Below are positions 41,822 through 51,761 of a stretch of DNA of 64,000 nt, one piece after another. The notes below the pieces were generated by a model, which ran no database searches, was not told the origin of the DNA, and saw only the letters and a program-made list of their open reading frames with translations. Position 1 is the first letter of the stretch, and every line of letters starts with the position of its first letter. The translations under genes and the position numbers were made by a program. The stretch is from a bacterium (lineage in GTDB: Bacteria; SAR324; NAC60-12): assembly GCA_965205865.1 (NCBI GenBank), contig CBDBHR010000030.1:576001-640000 (forward strand), read 5' to 3'.

Positions 41822-42655
41822 TCAGATTCCCAGCGGATAGACAAGAAACAGACTGTTTCTTTCGACCCAGCCTTTTTGGGTAGGCTCGAACCGGATTTTG
41901 ATCCATTGCTCCATTTCCTCTTCAATGGTCACTTCCGTTCCCGCGTGTAGCCGAAAAAGAACCGTGGATTGTCTGTGAGGGGCTGAAAAAACCACACTTT
42001 CTTGCGGCAGAATCGTTGCGGTGGGAAGAGGCGCCCACCATTTGATTAAGAGCCCGACGAATAACAACAAAGTCAATCCTCCGGAGAGAAACACTAACCA
42101 GGAAAGGATTTCCCTGCGGTAAAAAAGCCGGACCAACGCTCCTCCCCAAAAGGTTCCACTGGCTACCACAAGCAACAAAAACCACTCTTGGAGAGTCATG
42201 GGACTACTCCATTCCCGAAAAACTTCTCTCCAGGACGATCCTGGATTTTCCCGGCGATCTATTGTTTGCAGGCGGGCATAATTCAGGTTCGCAATCAGAT
42301 CTTCGTGACGCGGTAGATACTGGAAAGCCAGCAAGTAATAGCCAATGGCTTTACCCATATCGTTCAAACGGAAATAAGCGTTACCCAAATTATAGTATAG
42401 ATGGCCGTTGATATGTCCCCTGGCAAGCAAGGTTTCATAAGACGTCACTGCCTGCAAAAAGCGTTGTTCCCGATAAGCTTGATTGGCGGCAACCCAAACA
42501 GAAATACTCTGCTGTTCCTGAGCTTGCCCTTTTTGCGGAAAACTGCTCATGTTCACGAGCGCTCCAATGCCTGCGAGGATTGCCAGGTATTTCAAAGAGG
42601 GAAATGTTTTGAGAAAGGAAAGGGTTTGAGGCAACCGGAGAAGGGGTACTATCAT
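41822..42655 (-). CDS. BatE-like TPR + SH3 membrane protein
   Basis: LYYNLGNAYFRL, ANLNYAR, LHAGTEV..WIKI..GWV. Confidence 0.8.
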   Translation of the reverse strand: MIVPLLRLPQTLSFLKTFPSLKYLAILAGIGALVNMSSFPQKGQAQEQQSISVWVAANQAYREQRFLQAVTSYETLLARGHINGHLYYNLGNAYFRLNDMGKAIGYYLLAFQYLPRHEDLIANLNYARLQTIDRRENPGSSWREVFREWSSPMTLQEWFLLLVVASGTFWGGALVRLFYRREILSWLVFLSGGLTLLLFVGLLIKWWAPLPTATILPQESVVFSAPHRQSTVLFRLHAGTEVTIEEEMEQWIKIRFEPTQKGWVERNSLFLVYPLGI

Positions 42656-44421
42656 TTCAATTGTGTTTCCAGATGTTTTACGATTTCCTGGCCGGACCGG
42701 TAAATTTGTTCTTTGCCATCTTCGGCAAGAGAGCTTGCCGCATATTGGGTCATTTCACAACGCTCGAGTAGATCATTCCATTGCTGAATCAATTCCGCAT
42801 CCATATCCTTGGTTGACAGCCACTTGCTGATTTCCCGGGAGGTGAGCGCTTCTCCGTTTTTACCGGTCTTGTCCCCTACATAATTCTTCAATGCCTGCAT
42901 TAAAGCTTCGGCAAATATTTGATTGTCCGGCATCTTTTCGTAAAGCTGCTTGACGGTTTTTCGAAAAGTGGGAAATGCCTGCTGACTGCGGATCTTGTCT
43001 TGATTGACCGTCGAGCGTTCGATCTTCCATTTCCATAACCATCCTCCTGCAAATCCCAAAGGTGCCAGGAAAAATAGGGAGCCATATATCAGTAATCCTG
43101 TCACTCCCCATTTGCTGTTTTGCAACGCCGCGATATCCTGATGGACCGGGAGGAGGTCTTCCCCCAGTCGTTTCACAACGTGTTTTTGGGCCTGAGGCGC
43201 AGTTCCACCAACTGCTCTCAGTTCTTGCGCCTCCCCCGCAATCACGGAGATAGGAGGAATGTCTGCTCGCGCTGTTTCAAATGATTGGGTCTGCGGATTG
43301 AAAAAGGAAATCGAAAGAGGAGGGAACGCAATCGTTCCTGTTTTGTGAGGAACTAGGGCCATTACAAAGACAGCCTTGCCAATTTGACGATTCCCTTCCA
43401 ATTCGTTGTGAACAATTGGTTGGTCTTCGTAAATTTTCAGGTTCTCCTCCAGGCTTATTTCAGGTTTTTGAATCATCTCGGGAGGCCCGCTTCCGCTGAT
43501 AGTGATCGTCAATGTTGCGGATTCCCCTACTTTGATTGCAGCTTGGGAGAGATTGGCTTGAATATCAAACTCTCCGACCAAACCATAAAAACCTTCGGGT
43601 TGGCTATTAGCGGGGATTGGTAAAACGTCAAGGCTCAAGGGTTTCGTTCGCAGTTGGAAAGACTGGAGTTGTCCGCCAAGAATCGAATTTCGGAGATTTT
43701 TATAGACGGAATCCTTCTGTGACGCCTCGACCAGCCGCTGTCCGTCCAAGGTGGCAGGAGGTAAGTCGAATTTTCCCGTTTTATGAGGAAAAAGGATCAG
43801 TTGAACCGTATAAATTTCGAAGAGCAGTCCCCCCATATTTTTAATCACCGACTCTTTCTGGGCCGATTCTTTCACCTGAAAGGCGCTGAAGTCCGGACGC
43901 CTGAAATTCAGATTCCTCACTTGCAACCCCTGGCGGATATACAATTCGAAGGTGTAGAGCAACTGCTGACCCGGATAAGCGTGGGAGAGGGAAAGGAATT
44001 GATTGACAAAGGCCAGTTTCTGCTCCAGCGGAGTTTCGGAGACTTGGGATACATGCAGGTGAATGGGTTCGCTCCGATATTGCCGGCCTTCGATGTTGAT
44101 GGAAACGGCCGGGATGGTCAATCGCCCCGTCTTAAGAGGAATGAGGTGATAATTGAAATCGATTTGGGAACTCGTTTCGCCATTGATCCACTGGGTTTGG
44201 GAAGATTGCCCCAGATATTGGATCCGGAAATCCGGTGAGGACGGTACTTGGGGACGGGTGGCATTGTTATAGTTATTGACAGTGAGAGTGAGTTGGAAAT
44301 AATCCTCGATGGATCCCCGGGTTTTATCAACGGAAGCAATGAATTCTACCGCATGGACCAGGGGTTGGCATAGCAGTCCAACCAGAATGAGAGGGAGCAT
44401 CAGTAAGAGACGACGTTGCAT
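42652..44421 (-). CDS. BatD family protein
   Basis: Signal peptide, ASVDKT, QWINGE, GLVGEF, C-terminal TM segment. Confidence 0.85.
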   Translation of the reverse strand: MQRRLLLMLPLILVGLLCQPLVHAVEFIASVDKTRGSIEDYFQLTLTVNNYNNATRPQVPSSPDFRIQYLGQSSQTQWINGETSSQIDFNYHLIPLKTGRLTIPAVSINIEGRQYRSEPIHLHVSQVSETPLEQKLAFVNQFLSLSHAYPGQQLLYTFELYIRQGLQVRNLNFRRPDFSAFQVKESAQKESVIKNMGGLLFEIYTVQLILFPHKTGKFDLPPATLDGQRLVEASQKDSVYKNLRNSILGGQLQSFQLRTKPLSLDVLPIPANSQPEGFYGLVGEFDIQANLSQAAIKVGESATLTITISGSGPPEMIQKPEISLEENLKIYEDQPIVHNELEGNRQIGKAVFVMALVPHKTGTIAFPPLSISFFNPQTQSFETARADIPPISVIAGEAQELRAVGGTAPQAQKHVVKRLGEDLLPVHQDIAALQNSKWGVTGLLIYGSLFFLAPLGFAGGWLWKWKIERSTVNQDKIRSQQAFPTFRKTVKQLYEKMPDNQIFAEALMQALKNYVGDKTGKNGEALTSREISKWLSTKDMDAELIQQWNDLLERCEMTQYAASSLAEDGKEQIYRSGQEIVKHLETQLK

Positions 44422-44424
44422 ATC

Positions 44425-46386
44425 CTAACCTGCCTCCGTTAAGCGAGCCTGAGTGGATTCGAGTTCGATGGTCAATTTTTCCCACATTTGGAGGTCTGCG
44501 GAAAGCTGGACAGTCAGCTTTTCTTTTTGTTGCCGCAAATCGCGGATTTGTTCAGGCTCGGTGATTTTATAAAAATCAAGACCACTGAATTGCGTATCGA
44601 TCGCCACAATTTCATTTTCCTGCAATGCGATGGATTTTTCCAATCGCATATTTTTTTTTGAGAGTTGGCTCACCAGGCGCTTCAACTCCTTTCGTTCTGC
44701 AAGAGTAAGGATTTTTGCAGGTACTTTCTTTTTTTTCTGTTTCTTTTTTGCACGAAAATCAACCGTGTCACGTTCCAGGTAATCTATCTCGTAATAATTC
44801 ACATACTCCGCATAAGTGCCTTTGAAGTTTCGTACTCCCTTCTCAGTCAATGCTAATACTCGGGTCGCCACATTGGACACGAAGCGTCGGTCATGGGTCA
44901 CGAACAACAATGTTCCTTGATAGGCATTCAAAGCATCTTCCAACGCTTCCACTCCCTGAAGATCGAGATGGTTGGTGGGCTCATCAAAGATCAAGACGTT
45001 CCCTTTTTCCAGCATCATTTTGGCAAACAGTAAACGGGCGGTTTCCCCTCCGCTGAGCGCTTCCAATTCTTTGTGGACATCATCTCCCGAAAACAATACC
45101 CGGCCCAATAATCCACGTATCGCGCCGATGCTTTCCTGTGGCGCGAATTGATAAAGCCACTCGTAAACACTTTTCTTTTCCGTAGAATGGAGGCGTGCAA
45201 AAATAGAGCTATGGTCCTGGGCAAAATAGGAGTAATGGGTTTCGTATCCCCATTCGCATGTGCCAAGGTCGGCTTTCAACTCCTCTACCATGATTTTCAA
45301 CAAAGTGGATTTGCCGATGCCGTTGGGTCCGATGACAGCCACTTTGTCCCCTCGCATTGCCGTAAAATCCACTTGGCGTAAGACACAATGAGTCTCGAAG
45401 GATTTGGAAATGCCTCTCATCTTCAGCACTTCCTGGCCGGAGTGCCGAAATTGTTCAAATCGCAAGTGGGGAGACACGCGGGATGTTTGCTTGATTTCGG
45501 GAAACTCGATCCTTTCGATTTGTTTGACACGGGACTGGGCTTGACGGGCTTTGGTCGCTTTAGCGCGGAAGCGGTCCACAAATGCCCGCATTTCTGCTTG
45601 CTTTTTCTGCAGACGGACATGTTCCTTGTGTTTTTGTTCCATCATCTGCGTTTTATTTTCCACAAACAGATCGTAATTGCCGTTATAAAGATCAACCGTT
45701 TCGAAATCCACATCAACGATATGCAGGCACACCGCATTGAGAAAGTCCCGGTCGTGTGAAACCATCAGGATGGTTCCCGGAAAAACGTTGCTCAAGAAAT
45801 TTTCCAACCAGGCAATAGAAACAATATCCAAATGGTTCGATGGTTCATCCAGCAGCAACACATCAGGCTCCTGAAACAAGAGTTGGGCCAGTAAAACCCG
45901 GAGCTTGAATCCTCCCGAAAGCTTACTCATCAGGTCAAAATGGTATTCGGAGGCAATACCCAGTCCCGACAACAGTTCGGATGCGAAACTTTCCGCATTG
46001 TAGCCGTTTTGATGCCCAATGATTTCTTCCAATTCTCCCAAACGGTGTCCAGTCTCGGCTTCCATGACTCCCTGTTCCAGCAGCCGTTCTTTTTCCCGGA
46101 GCGCCTTCCATAGAACGGGTTTCCCCTGCAAGAGGACATCGATCACTCGCTGGGACTCGTATTGAAAATGATCTTGACGCAATGTGCCGAGCTTCATTTC
46201 CGGGGAAAAGGATATTTCTCCGTCAACGGGCCGTTCTTCTGCGGAGATCAGGCGTAGCAGCGTAGTCTTTCCGGAACCATTGGCTCCGACGATGCCATAA
46301 TGCTTGCCGGGGTCGAAACGCAAGGTGACGTTTTCAAATAAAACATTTTGACCATATCGCATGGTCAGGTTTGATAAAGCAATCAT
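44425..46386 (-). CDS. ABC-F family ATPase
   Basis: Two ABC domains, LDEPSNHLD, KARQAQSR linker, no TM segments. Confidence 0.92.
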   Translation of the reverse strand: MIALSNLTMRYGQNVLFENVTLRFDPGKHYGIVGANGSGKTTLLRLISAEERPVDGEISFSPEMKLGTLRQDHFQYESQRVIDVLLQGKPVLWKALREKERLLEQGVMEAETGHRLGELEEIIGHQNGYNAESFASELLSGLGIASEYHFDLMSKLSGGFKLRVLLAQLLFQEPDVLLLDEPSNHLDIVSIAWLENFLSNVFPGTILMVSHDRDFLNAVCLHIVDVDFETVDLYNGNYDLFVENKTQMMEQKHKEHVRLQKKQAEMRAFVDRFRAKATKARQAQSRVKQIERIEFPEIKQTSRVSPHLRFEQFRHSGQEVLKMRGISKSFETHCVLRQVDFTAMRGDKVAVIGPNGIGKSTLLKIMVEELKADLGTCEWGYETHYSYFAQDHSSIFARLHSTEKKSVYEWLYQFAPQESIGAIRGLLGRVLFSGDDVHKELEALSGGETARLLFAKMMLEKGNVLIFDEPTNHLDLQGVEALEDALNAYQGTLLFVTHDRRFVSNVATRVLALTEKGVRNFKGTYAEYVNYYEIDYLERDTVDFRAKKKQKKKKVPAKILTLAERKELKRLVSQLSKKNMRLEKSIALQENEIVAIDTQFSGLDFYKITEPEQIRDLRQQKEKLTVQLSADLQMWEKLTIELESTQARLTEAG

Positions 46387-46599
46387 GGGGCACAACAAAC
46401 AGAAATGAAAATGGATTGAAATATCATTTGATTACGCTAATTTGAATCTTGCGCTTTAGAGACGAACAGACGCTTCTGGTGAAATACATGGCTCAAAGCA
46501 ACTGTCGGGTTAATCCATACAGGCTGCACGGGTTGACTTGGTTTGAGTGAAAATCCATGTTCGTTGGTTGAGAATGATCAGCAATTAGGAGGAAATTCC

Positions 46600-46980
46600 A
46601 TGCCTGCCAGCAAGGACATGCAAATACTGGTTGTCGACGATTTTTCCACAATGAGGCGGCTTTTAATAGATGTATTACGCCAGCTTGGGTTCAATAATAT
46701 CATAGAAGCCGATGATGGAACAACTGCCATGGTAAAACTGTCTTCTGAGAAAATCGACTTGGTGATCACCGACTGGAATATGCCAAAAATGACGGGAATG
46801 GAACTATTGAAGAATATTCGCGCAGATGCCGGATTAAAGTCCATTCCGGTATTGATGGTCACCGCAGAGGCATTTCAGGAAAATATCATTGCCGCCGTAA
46901 AAGCCGGGGTGAGCAATTACATAGTCCAGCCCTTCAACGCAACAATCCTGGCTGATAAAATCAATACAATATTCTCTTGA
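46600..46980 (+). CDS. cheY: CheY-like response regulator
   Basis: ILVVDDFSTMRR, TDWNMPKM, LMVTAE; AGGAGG RBS. Confidence 0.88.
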   Translation: MPASKDMQILVVDDFSTMRRLLIDVLRQLGFNNIIEADDGTTAMVKLSSEKIDLVITDWNMPKMTGMELLKNIRADAGLKSIPVLMVTAEAFQENIIAAVKAGVSNYIVQPFNATILADKINTIFS

Positions 46981-47066
46981 ATAAAAGAGCATTCATCATA
47001 TTTTGAAATTCCGGACATGCGGGAGGATTGGCGCGAGTTTTTCTGACGCAATTGCTGTTACCAGGG

Positions 47067-48014
47067 TCAGTTTTCAGCGTCCGGACAACGAGCCTTCCGT
47101 ATAATTTTTCCCAGTTCCCGGAAATGGTAATTGAGCACGTTCAAGATGATTCCGATACCAAAACTGCCGAAGCTCAAAAGCATGCATGCCGATGAGAGAA
47201 CGGCGGTGGGTACTTTATCGACATACCGGTCTTCCAAAAAATCAATAATGACCGTTATTCCGGTTCCCAACGAGAGGAATCCAAAAAATAATCCGATAAA
47301 TCCAAAAAACGTGAAGGGTTTATAAGCTTTGGCAATCGTCATTATCTGCGAAAGCACGCGACAGCCATCACGGAAGGTATGAAGCTTCGAGTACGATCCG
47401 ACCGGCCGCTCCCGATAGGGGACTGGTATTTCCCGGATCGTGAAGCCATGATCCAGCGCTCTCAGGGTGAGTTCTGTTTCCACCTCGAATCCCGAGGAAA
47501 GCACCGGAATCGTTTCAACAAATTCCCGAGTGACCCCCCGATAGCCCGACATGATATCGTTCAGACGGCTTTGGAAAATCCAATTGACAAGAGATTTGAC
47601 AAGATTGTTGCCAAAAACATGAAAGCGTGGAAACGATTTGGATTTGTCGGTACGCTCTCCCATACGAGTCGCCACAGTCATACCCGCATCCCCTGCAAAC
47701 AAAGGTTCCAGAAGGGACGAGGCGTATTCTGCAGGATAGGTGTCGTCTCCATCGACCAGCAAATAATAGTCGGCGTGAATTTTTTTGAACATGGAGGCGA
47801 TCACGCACCCTTTTCCAAGACTTTTTTCCTCCTGTACCACCGCACCGGCCTGGCGAGCAATCTCCGGAGTTTGATCATTACAGTTGTTGTCAAAAACATA
47901 AATGTCCGCTTCAGGCAACTGTCGCTGAAAATCGCGAATGACTTTGCCAATCGTCAATTCTTCATTGAGGCATGGAATCAAAACCGCAACTTTGACGTCA
48001 TCAGTTGAATTCAT
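47067..48014 (-). CDS. Glycosyltransferase family 2 (polyprenol-phosphate sugar synthase-like)
   Basis: IPCLNEE, VDGDDTYP, GFEVETE, YRERP..SKL, two C-terminal TM segments. Confidence 0.9.
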   Translation of the reverse strand: MNSTDDVKVAVLIPCLNEELTIGKVIRDFQRQLPEADIYVFDNNCNDQTPEIARQAGAVVQEEKSLGKGCVIASMFKKIHADYYLLVDGDDTYPAEYASSLLEPLFAGDAGMTVATRMGERTDKSKSFPRFHVFGNNLVKSLVNWIFQSRLNDIMSGYRGVTREFVETIPVLSSGFEVETELTLRALDHGFTIREIPVPYRERPVGSYSKLHTFRDGCRVLSQIMTIAKAYKPFTFFGFIGLFFGFLSLGTGITVIIDFLEDRYVDKVPTAVLSSACMLLSFGSFGIGIILNVLNYHFRELGKIIRKARCPDAEN

Positions 48015-48043
48015 GGGTTTCAGGAGTTCCTCGAGTTGCGCGA

Positions 48044-48718
48044 TTATCTGCTATACTTCTTTTTCAGTTCTCGCAATTCCTGTTCAATCTCACGAGACGC
48101 AGAGGATTTTATATCGGTATTGTCGGAATGGGTTTCCCTTCTTGCCGAAGTACCGGATTGTTTCATTTTTTTCAATTCAGCCTCGATTTCTTCCATGATG
48201 GAATGATTATTATCCTGAAAAGACCGGGGTTCTCCGGTGGGTTCCGTATCCTCTTCTTTCCAGGCAGTAACAAATTCCTGAAAAACTTTCAAAGCCCAGT
48301 CGACCAGCAACTCTAATGGATCTTTGAATTGGAGTCCGAACTTGCCGAGCAACTCTTCCACATCAGCCAGCAAATTTTCCAACGAATCGTCAGTCGTTTC
48401 CGTAAAGGGTTCAGAGGAGGGGCGCCTGTAGGTGGTTCTGGTTGTTTTAGAAGCACGAGACTGTTGTCGGAATCTTTGTTGCTCAGCCGAGTTGCTTTGA
48501 AATTGAAGATCATAGCTGCGACGCCTGGATGGATCATTCAACGTTTCATAGGCTTTGGTCAGTAAAATGAACTGTTTTTGTAACTTCTGCTTTTCTTCCG
48601 GGTTTTTATTGTGATACAAGTCGGGGTGACAACGCTTTGCTTCCCGACGGAAAGCTTTGCGGATCTCATCGGAAGAAGCGTGGGGCGCAATTTTCAAAAT
48701 TTGATAATAATTCATCAT
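48044..48718 (-). CDS. J-domain (DnaJ-like) protein
   Basis: NYYQIL, HPD, AYETLNDPSRRRSYD. Confidence 0.88.
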   Translation of the reverse strand: MMNYYQILKIAPHASSDEIRKAFRREAKRCHPDLYHNKNPEEKQKLQKQFILLTKAYETLNDPSRRRSYDLQFQSNSAEQQRFRQQSRASKTTRTTYRRPSSEPFTETTDDSLENLLADVEELLGKFGLQFKDPLELLVDWALKVFQEFVTAWKEEDTEPTGEPRSFQDNNHSIMEEIEAELKKMKQSGTSARRETHSDNTDIKSSASREIEQELRELKKKYSR

Positions 48719-48751
48719 AAACTCAAAACTTTACCGTAAAGGAGACAGTCT

Positions 48752-49354
48752 ATGCGCATTGTCTACTTCGATTTGGAAACAAAATACTCTGCAGATGAAG
48801 TGGGAGGTTGGAACAACATTGAAGACATGGGGATGTCTGTCGGGATTTTGTGGGATACTTCAGATACGCAATTTCATATCTACTTGGAAAATCAGATTCA
48901 GGAACTGATTGATCACTGCAAACGGGCTGATTTGGTGGTTGGTTTCAATCATATTGGATTTGATTTTCGAGTAGTTGCAGGAGTATTGCGCGCTAGTACC
49001 GATGAACGCCGCCGTCTGTATACCGAACTGGTGGAATTGAACAACCTGGACATGCTCTCGGAACTCAATAAAATTTTAGGACATCGCCTGAAACTGGATA
49101 CGATTGCTCGTCCCACTCTGGGCGTTGGTAAATCTGCTGATGGATTGCAAGCATTGCAGTGGTACAAAGAAGGCAAACTCGACAAGATCGTTAAATACTG
49201 CAAAGACGATGTTGCCGTGACCCGTGATGTGTACCATTATGCTCTGGAACATGGAGAACTTCTCTATGAATCCTATAGTGGGATAAAAACCGTCAAAACC
49301 CCATGGTCTTTGGAAAAGCCAAAAAAAGAAATTGAACAAATGTCTTTATTTTAA
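48752..49354 (+). CDS. Ribonuclease H-like (DEDD exonuclease-type) domain protein
   Basis: YFDLET, VGFNHIGFD, YCKDDV. Confidence 0.82.
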   Translation: MRIVYFDLETKYSADEVGGWNNIEDMGMSVGILWDTSDTQFHIYLENQIQELIDHCKRADLVVGFNHIGFDFRVVAGVLRASTDERRRLYTELVELNNLDMLSELNKILGHRLKLDTIARPTLGVGKSADGLQALQWYKEGKLDKIVKYCKDDVAVTRDVYHYALEHGELLYESYSGIKTVKTPWSLEKPKKEIEQMSLF

Positions 49355-49705
49355 TAGGGTTTTTATAACCCGCAAGCACTACTTTTCGATGTAGTGTCTG
49401 ACCGGGAACCTGTTTCCCTCTCTTCTGTCCGTGAGAGCCTTGCTCCGGGGCAAAACAAAAAAAGTGCGGCGTGGATTCCCTCCCGTCGACATTATTCTTT
49501 CGCGGTAAATCTAGTCGAATGTAAGGAAAAGCACAAGAATTGAGAAAAAAGCGCTTTTCATTTTAAGAAGATTTTGCCATAGTCAGCAGATTATTTCCGT
49601 AAATAAAAATAAAATCAATGACCCTGTGAGAATGAATTTTTAAGGTTCGTTTGAATTTCGGATCATGCCCTGGTGATAGTAATTTTTTAAAATGAGGAGC
49701 GATTC

Positions 49706-50819
49706 ATGACCAATGAAAAGATCAACACGTCCATTGAAAATATTGCGGAACGTTTGAGCAATTTAGAAAGGTATCTTTGAATTCCCTGCCAAAGAAGAGG
49801 AGTTGAAGGCTCTCGAAAAAAAATCCTCCCAAGATCATTTTTGGACCCTGCCCCGGGAAGAACAAACACCCATCCTGAAAAAAATTGCGCAACTTGACGA
49901 TATCCTCAAAGAACGGGATGCCCTGCTGTCCCTGCAGGAGGACTTGGTCACCGCCTATGAGTTGTATCAAGAATCGGAAGACCCTGAGTTTATGGAAGAG
50001 ATGCGGCTGAATTGTCAAAGGCTGGATACGCAACTGACCCACCTGGAAATCCTCAACTTATTTTCCGACGATCATGATGAAGGCGATGCGATTGTTACCA
50101 TTCACCCCGGAGCAGGTGGCACGGAGTCGGCAGATTGGGCATTGATGCTTTACGAAATGTATGGACGCTGGTGCAACCGGAACAAGTATAAAATGCTATT
50201 GATGGACCTGTTGCCAGGAGAGGAAGCGGGCATCAAATCGGTTACCTTTGGAATTTCAGGGAAGTATGCCTATGGACATTTAAAAACAGAAATTGGGGTC
50301 CATCGCCTGGTGCGAATCTCTCCTTTTGATGCCAATAAAAGGCGACACACCTCCTTTGCTTCAGTGTTTGTTTATGCCGATATTGAAGAAGAGATAGAGA
50401 TTGAGGTCAAAGCCGACGACATCAAAGTCGATACTTACCGAGCCAGTGGAGCCGGGGGACAGCATGTCAATACGACAGATTCGGCAGTGCGTATCACTCA
50501 CTTTCCCACCGGCATTGTCGTGCAGTGTCAGAATGAGCGTTCGCAACACAAGAATCGCGCCATCGCTATGAAAATTCTGAAAGCCCGACTTTATGAGTAT
50601 GAGCAAAAAGTGTTGAATCAAGAAAAGGACAAACTGAACAGCATGAAGCAAGATATTGCTTGGGGCAGTCAGATTCGCAGCTATGTTTTGCATCCCTACC
50701 AGATGGTCAAGGACCATCGTACGAATTTTGAAATGGGAAATTCCAATGCAGTGCTCAATGGCCAGATTGACGAATTCATCAAAGCGGCTCTTTCACAAAA
50801 GGCGTATACCCGGGTTTAA
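49706..50819 (+). CDS. prfB: Peptide chain release factor 2 with programmed +1 frameshift
   Basis: 24 codons then CTT TGA (49775-49780); +1 frame carries SPF and GGQ motifs. Confidence 0.95.
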
Positions 50820-50827
50820 GTGAAGAT

Positions 50828-51211
50828 TTAGTCTGCTTCCAGGTGTTGCAGCAACCATGCTTTGATTTCTCCGGTGATCGGATAAGATCCCTGCTCCCGC
50901 AACGAACCCCCTGCTTCCTCGAGAGCATCCAACAGCATCTTTTCCGGGATTTCCTTGATCTTGCCGACGACTTTGGAAATGGTTTTTCCCTGCTCTTTGA
51001 GCAACAGATGAGCTACTCCATCCCAAACTTCAATGTAAAAAAAATACCCTTGCATCGCATCGGAGCGGTGCTTGAACCGCAATAGATCCTTCAGGGAATG
51101 AATTTCTTGTTGGTTGTGGATTTCAGCGACCATTGCCGGAGTCACATGCCACTGGATATTGTCAATGATTTTGCGATTAGTTCTCAATTTCCGCAAGGCG
51201 AGCAATTTCAT
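50828..51211 (-). CDS. Hypothetical protein (DVU0772-like by recollection)
   Basis: IQWHVTP, YFFYIEVW, YPITGEIKAWL. Confidence 0.6.
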   Translation of the reverse strand: MKLLALRKLRTNRKIIDNIQWHVTPAMVAEIHNQQEIHSLKDLLRFKHRSDAMQGYFFYIEVWDGVAHLLLKEQGKTISKVVGKIKEIPEKMLLDALEEAGGSLREQGSYPITGEIKAWLLQHLEAD

Positions 51212-51291
51212 GAAGATTTCCCACTTATGGTCGAGTAAAAAAACACTGAGGAACAAACCTTAAATAACCTGTAATTCTTACAATGGTGTGA

Positions 51292-51368
51292 GCAAAATTG
51301 GGGGACATGTACAGCGGCATCCCAACTCTACTGTTTTATGCCTGCTGTTACGTGTCCCCTAATTTTGC
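51292..51368. repeat. Long GGGGAC/GTCCCC-type inverted repeat
   Basis: gcaaaattgggggacatgtacagcggcat ... atgcctgctgttacgtgtcccctaattttgc. Confidence 0.75.
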
Positions 51369-51761
51369 GTATCCATACTTCTAACTTATTTAAATTTCAT
51401 TCCTGAAAGGCTTCGATGCCGGAAGCGGTTTAAAATCCCTTTCAAAAAGGACGAGCGCGCTCCCTGCGTGGCGCAGTCTCAGAGAGATTATCCGCGAGAC
51501 CGCTCAAAAGAAGTTTTGCGGCGAGAGCCAACAATTTTTTCAATATCAAAACAAATCGAATCTGTCTATAATTTCTGATTTTAATTCTCATTGAGATGCG
51601 ACGTTCATTCCTTGCATTACGAAGCTGGGCTTTCCATAGCTGCCACGGTAATGACATTTTATGTTCCCTTTTTCACCGTTGTCCACTCAATGCAACCTTA
51701 CTTGTCAGAAAATAAAATAAATTCATCAATCGTGAAAAAGAAACCTATTAGTTCCTCATTG

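Noticed and set aside
49390-49490. Known riboswitch (cobalamin, glycine, TPP, Moco)
   Set aside because: Only isolated short motifs, in the wrong order, and no downstream gene on the minus strand
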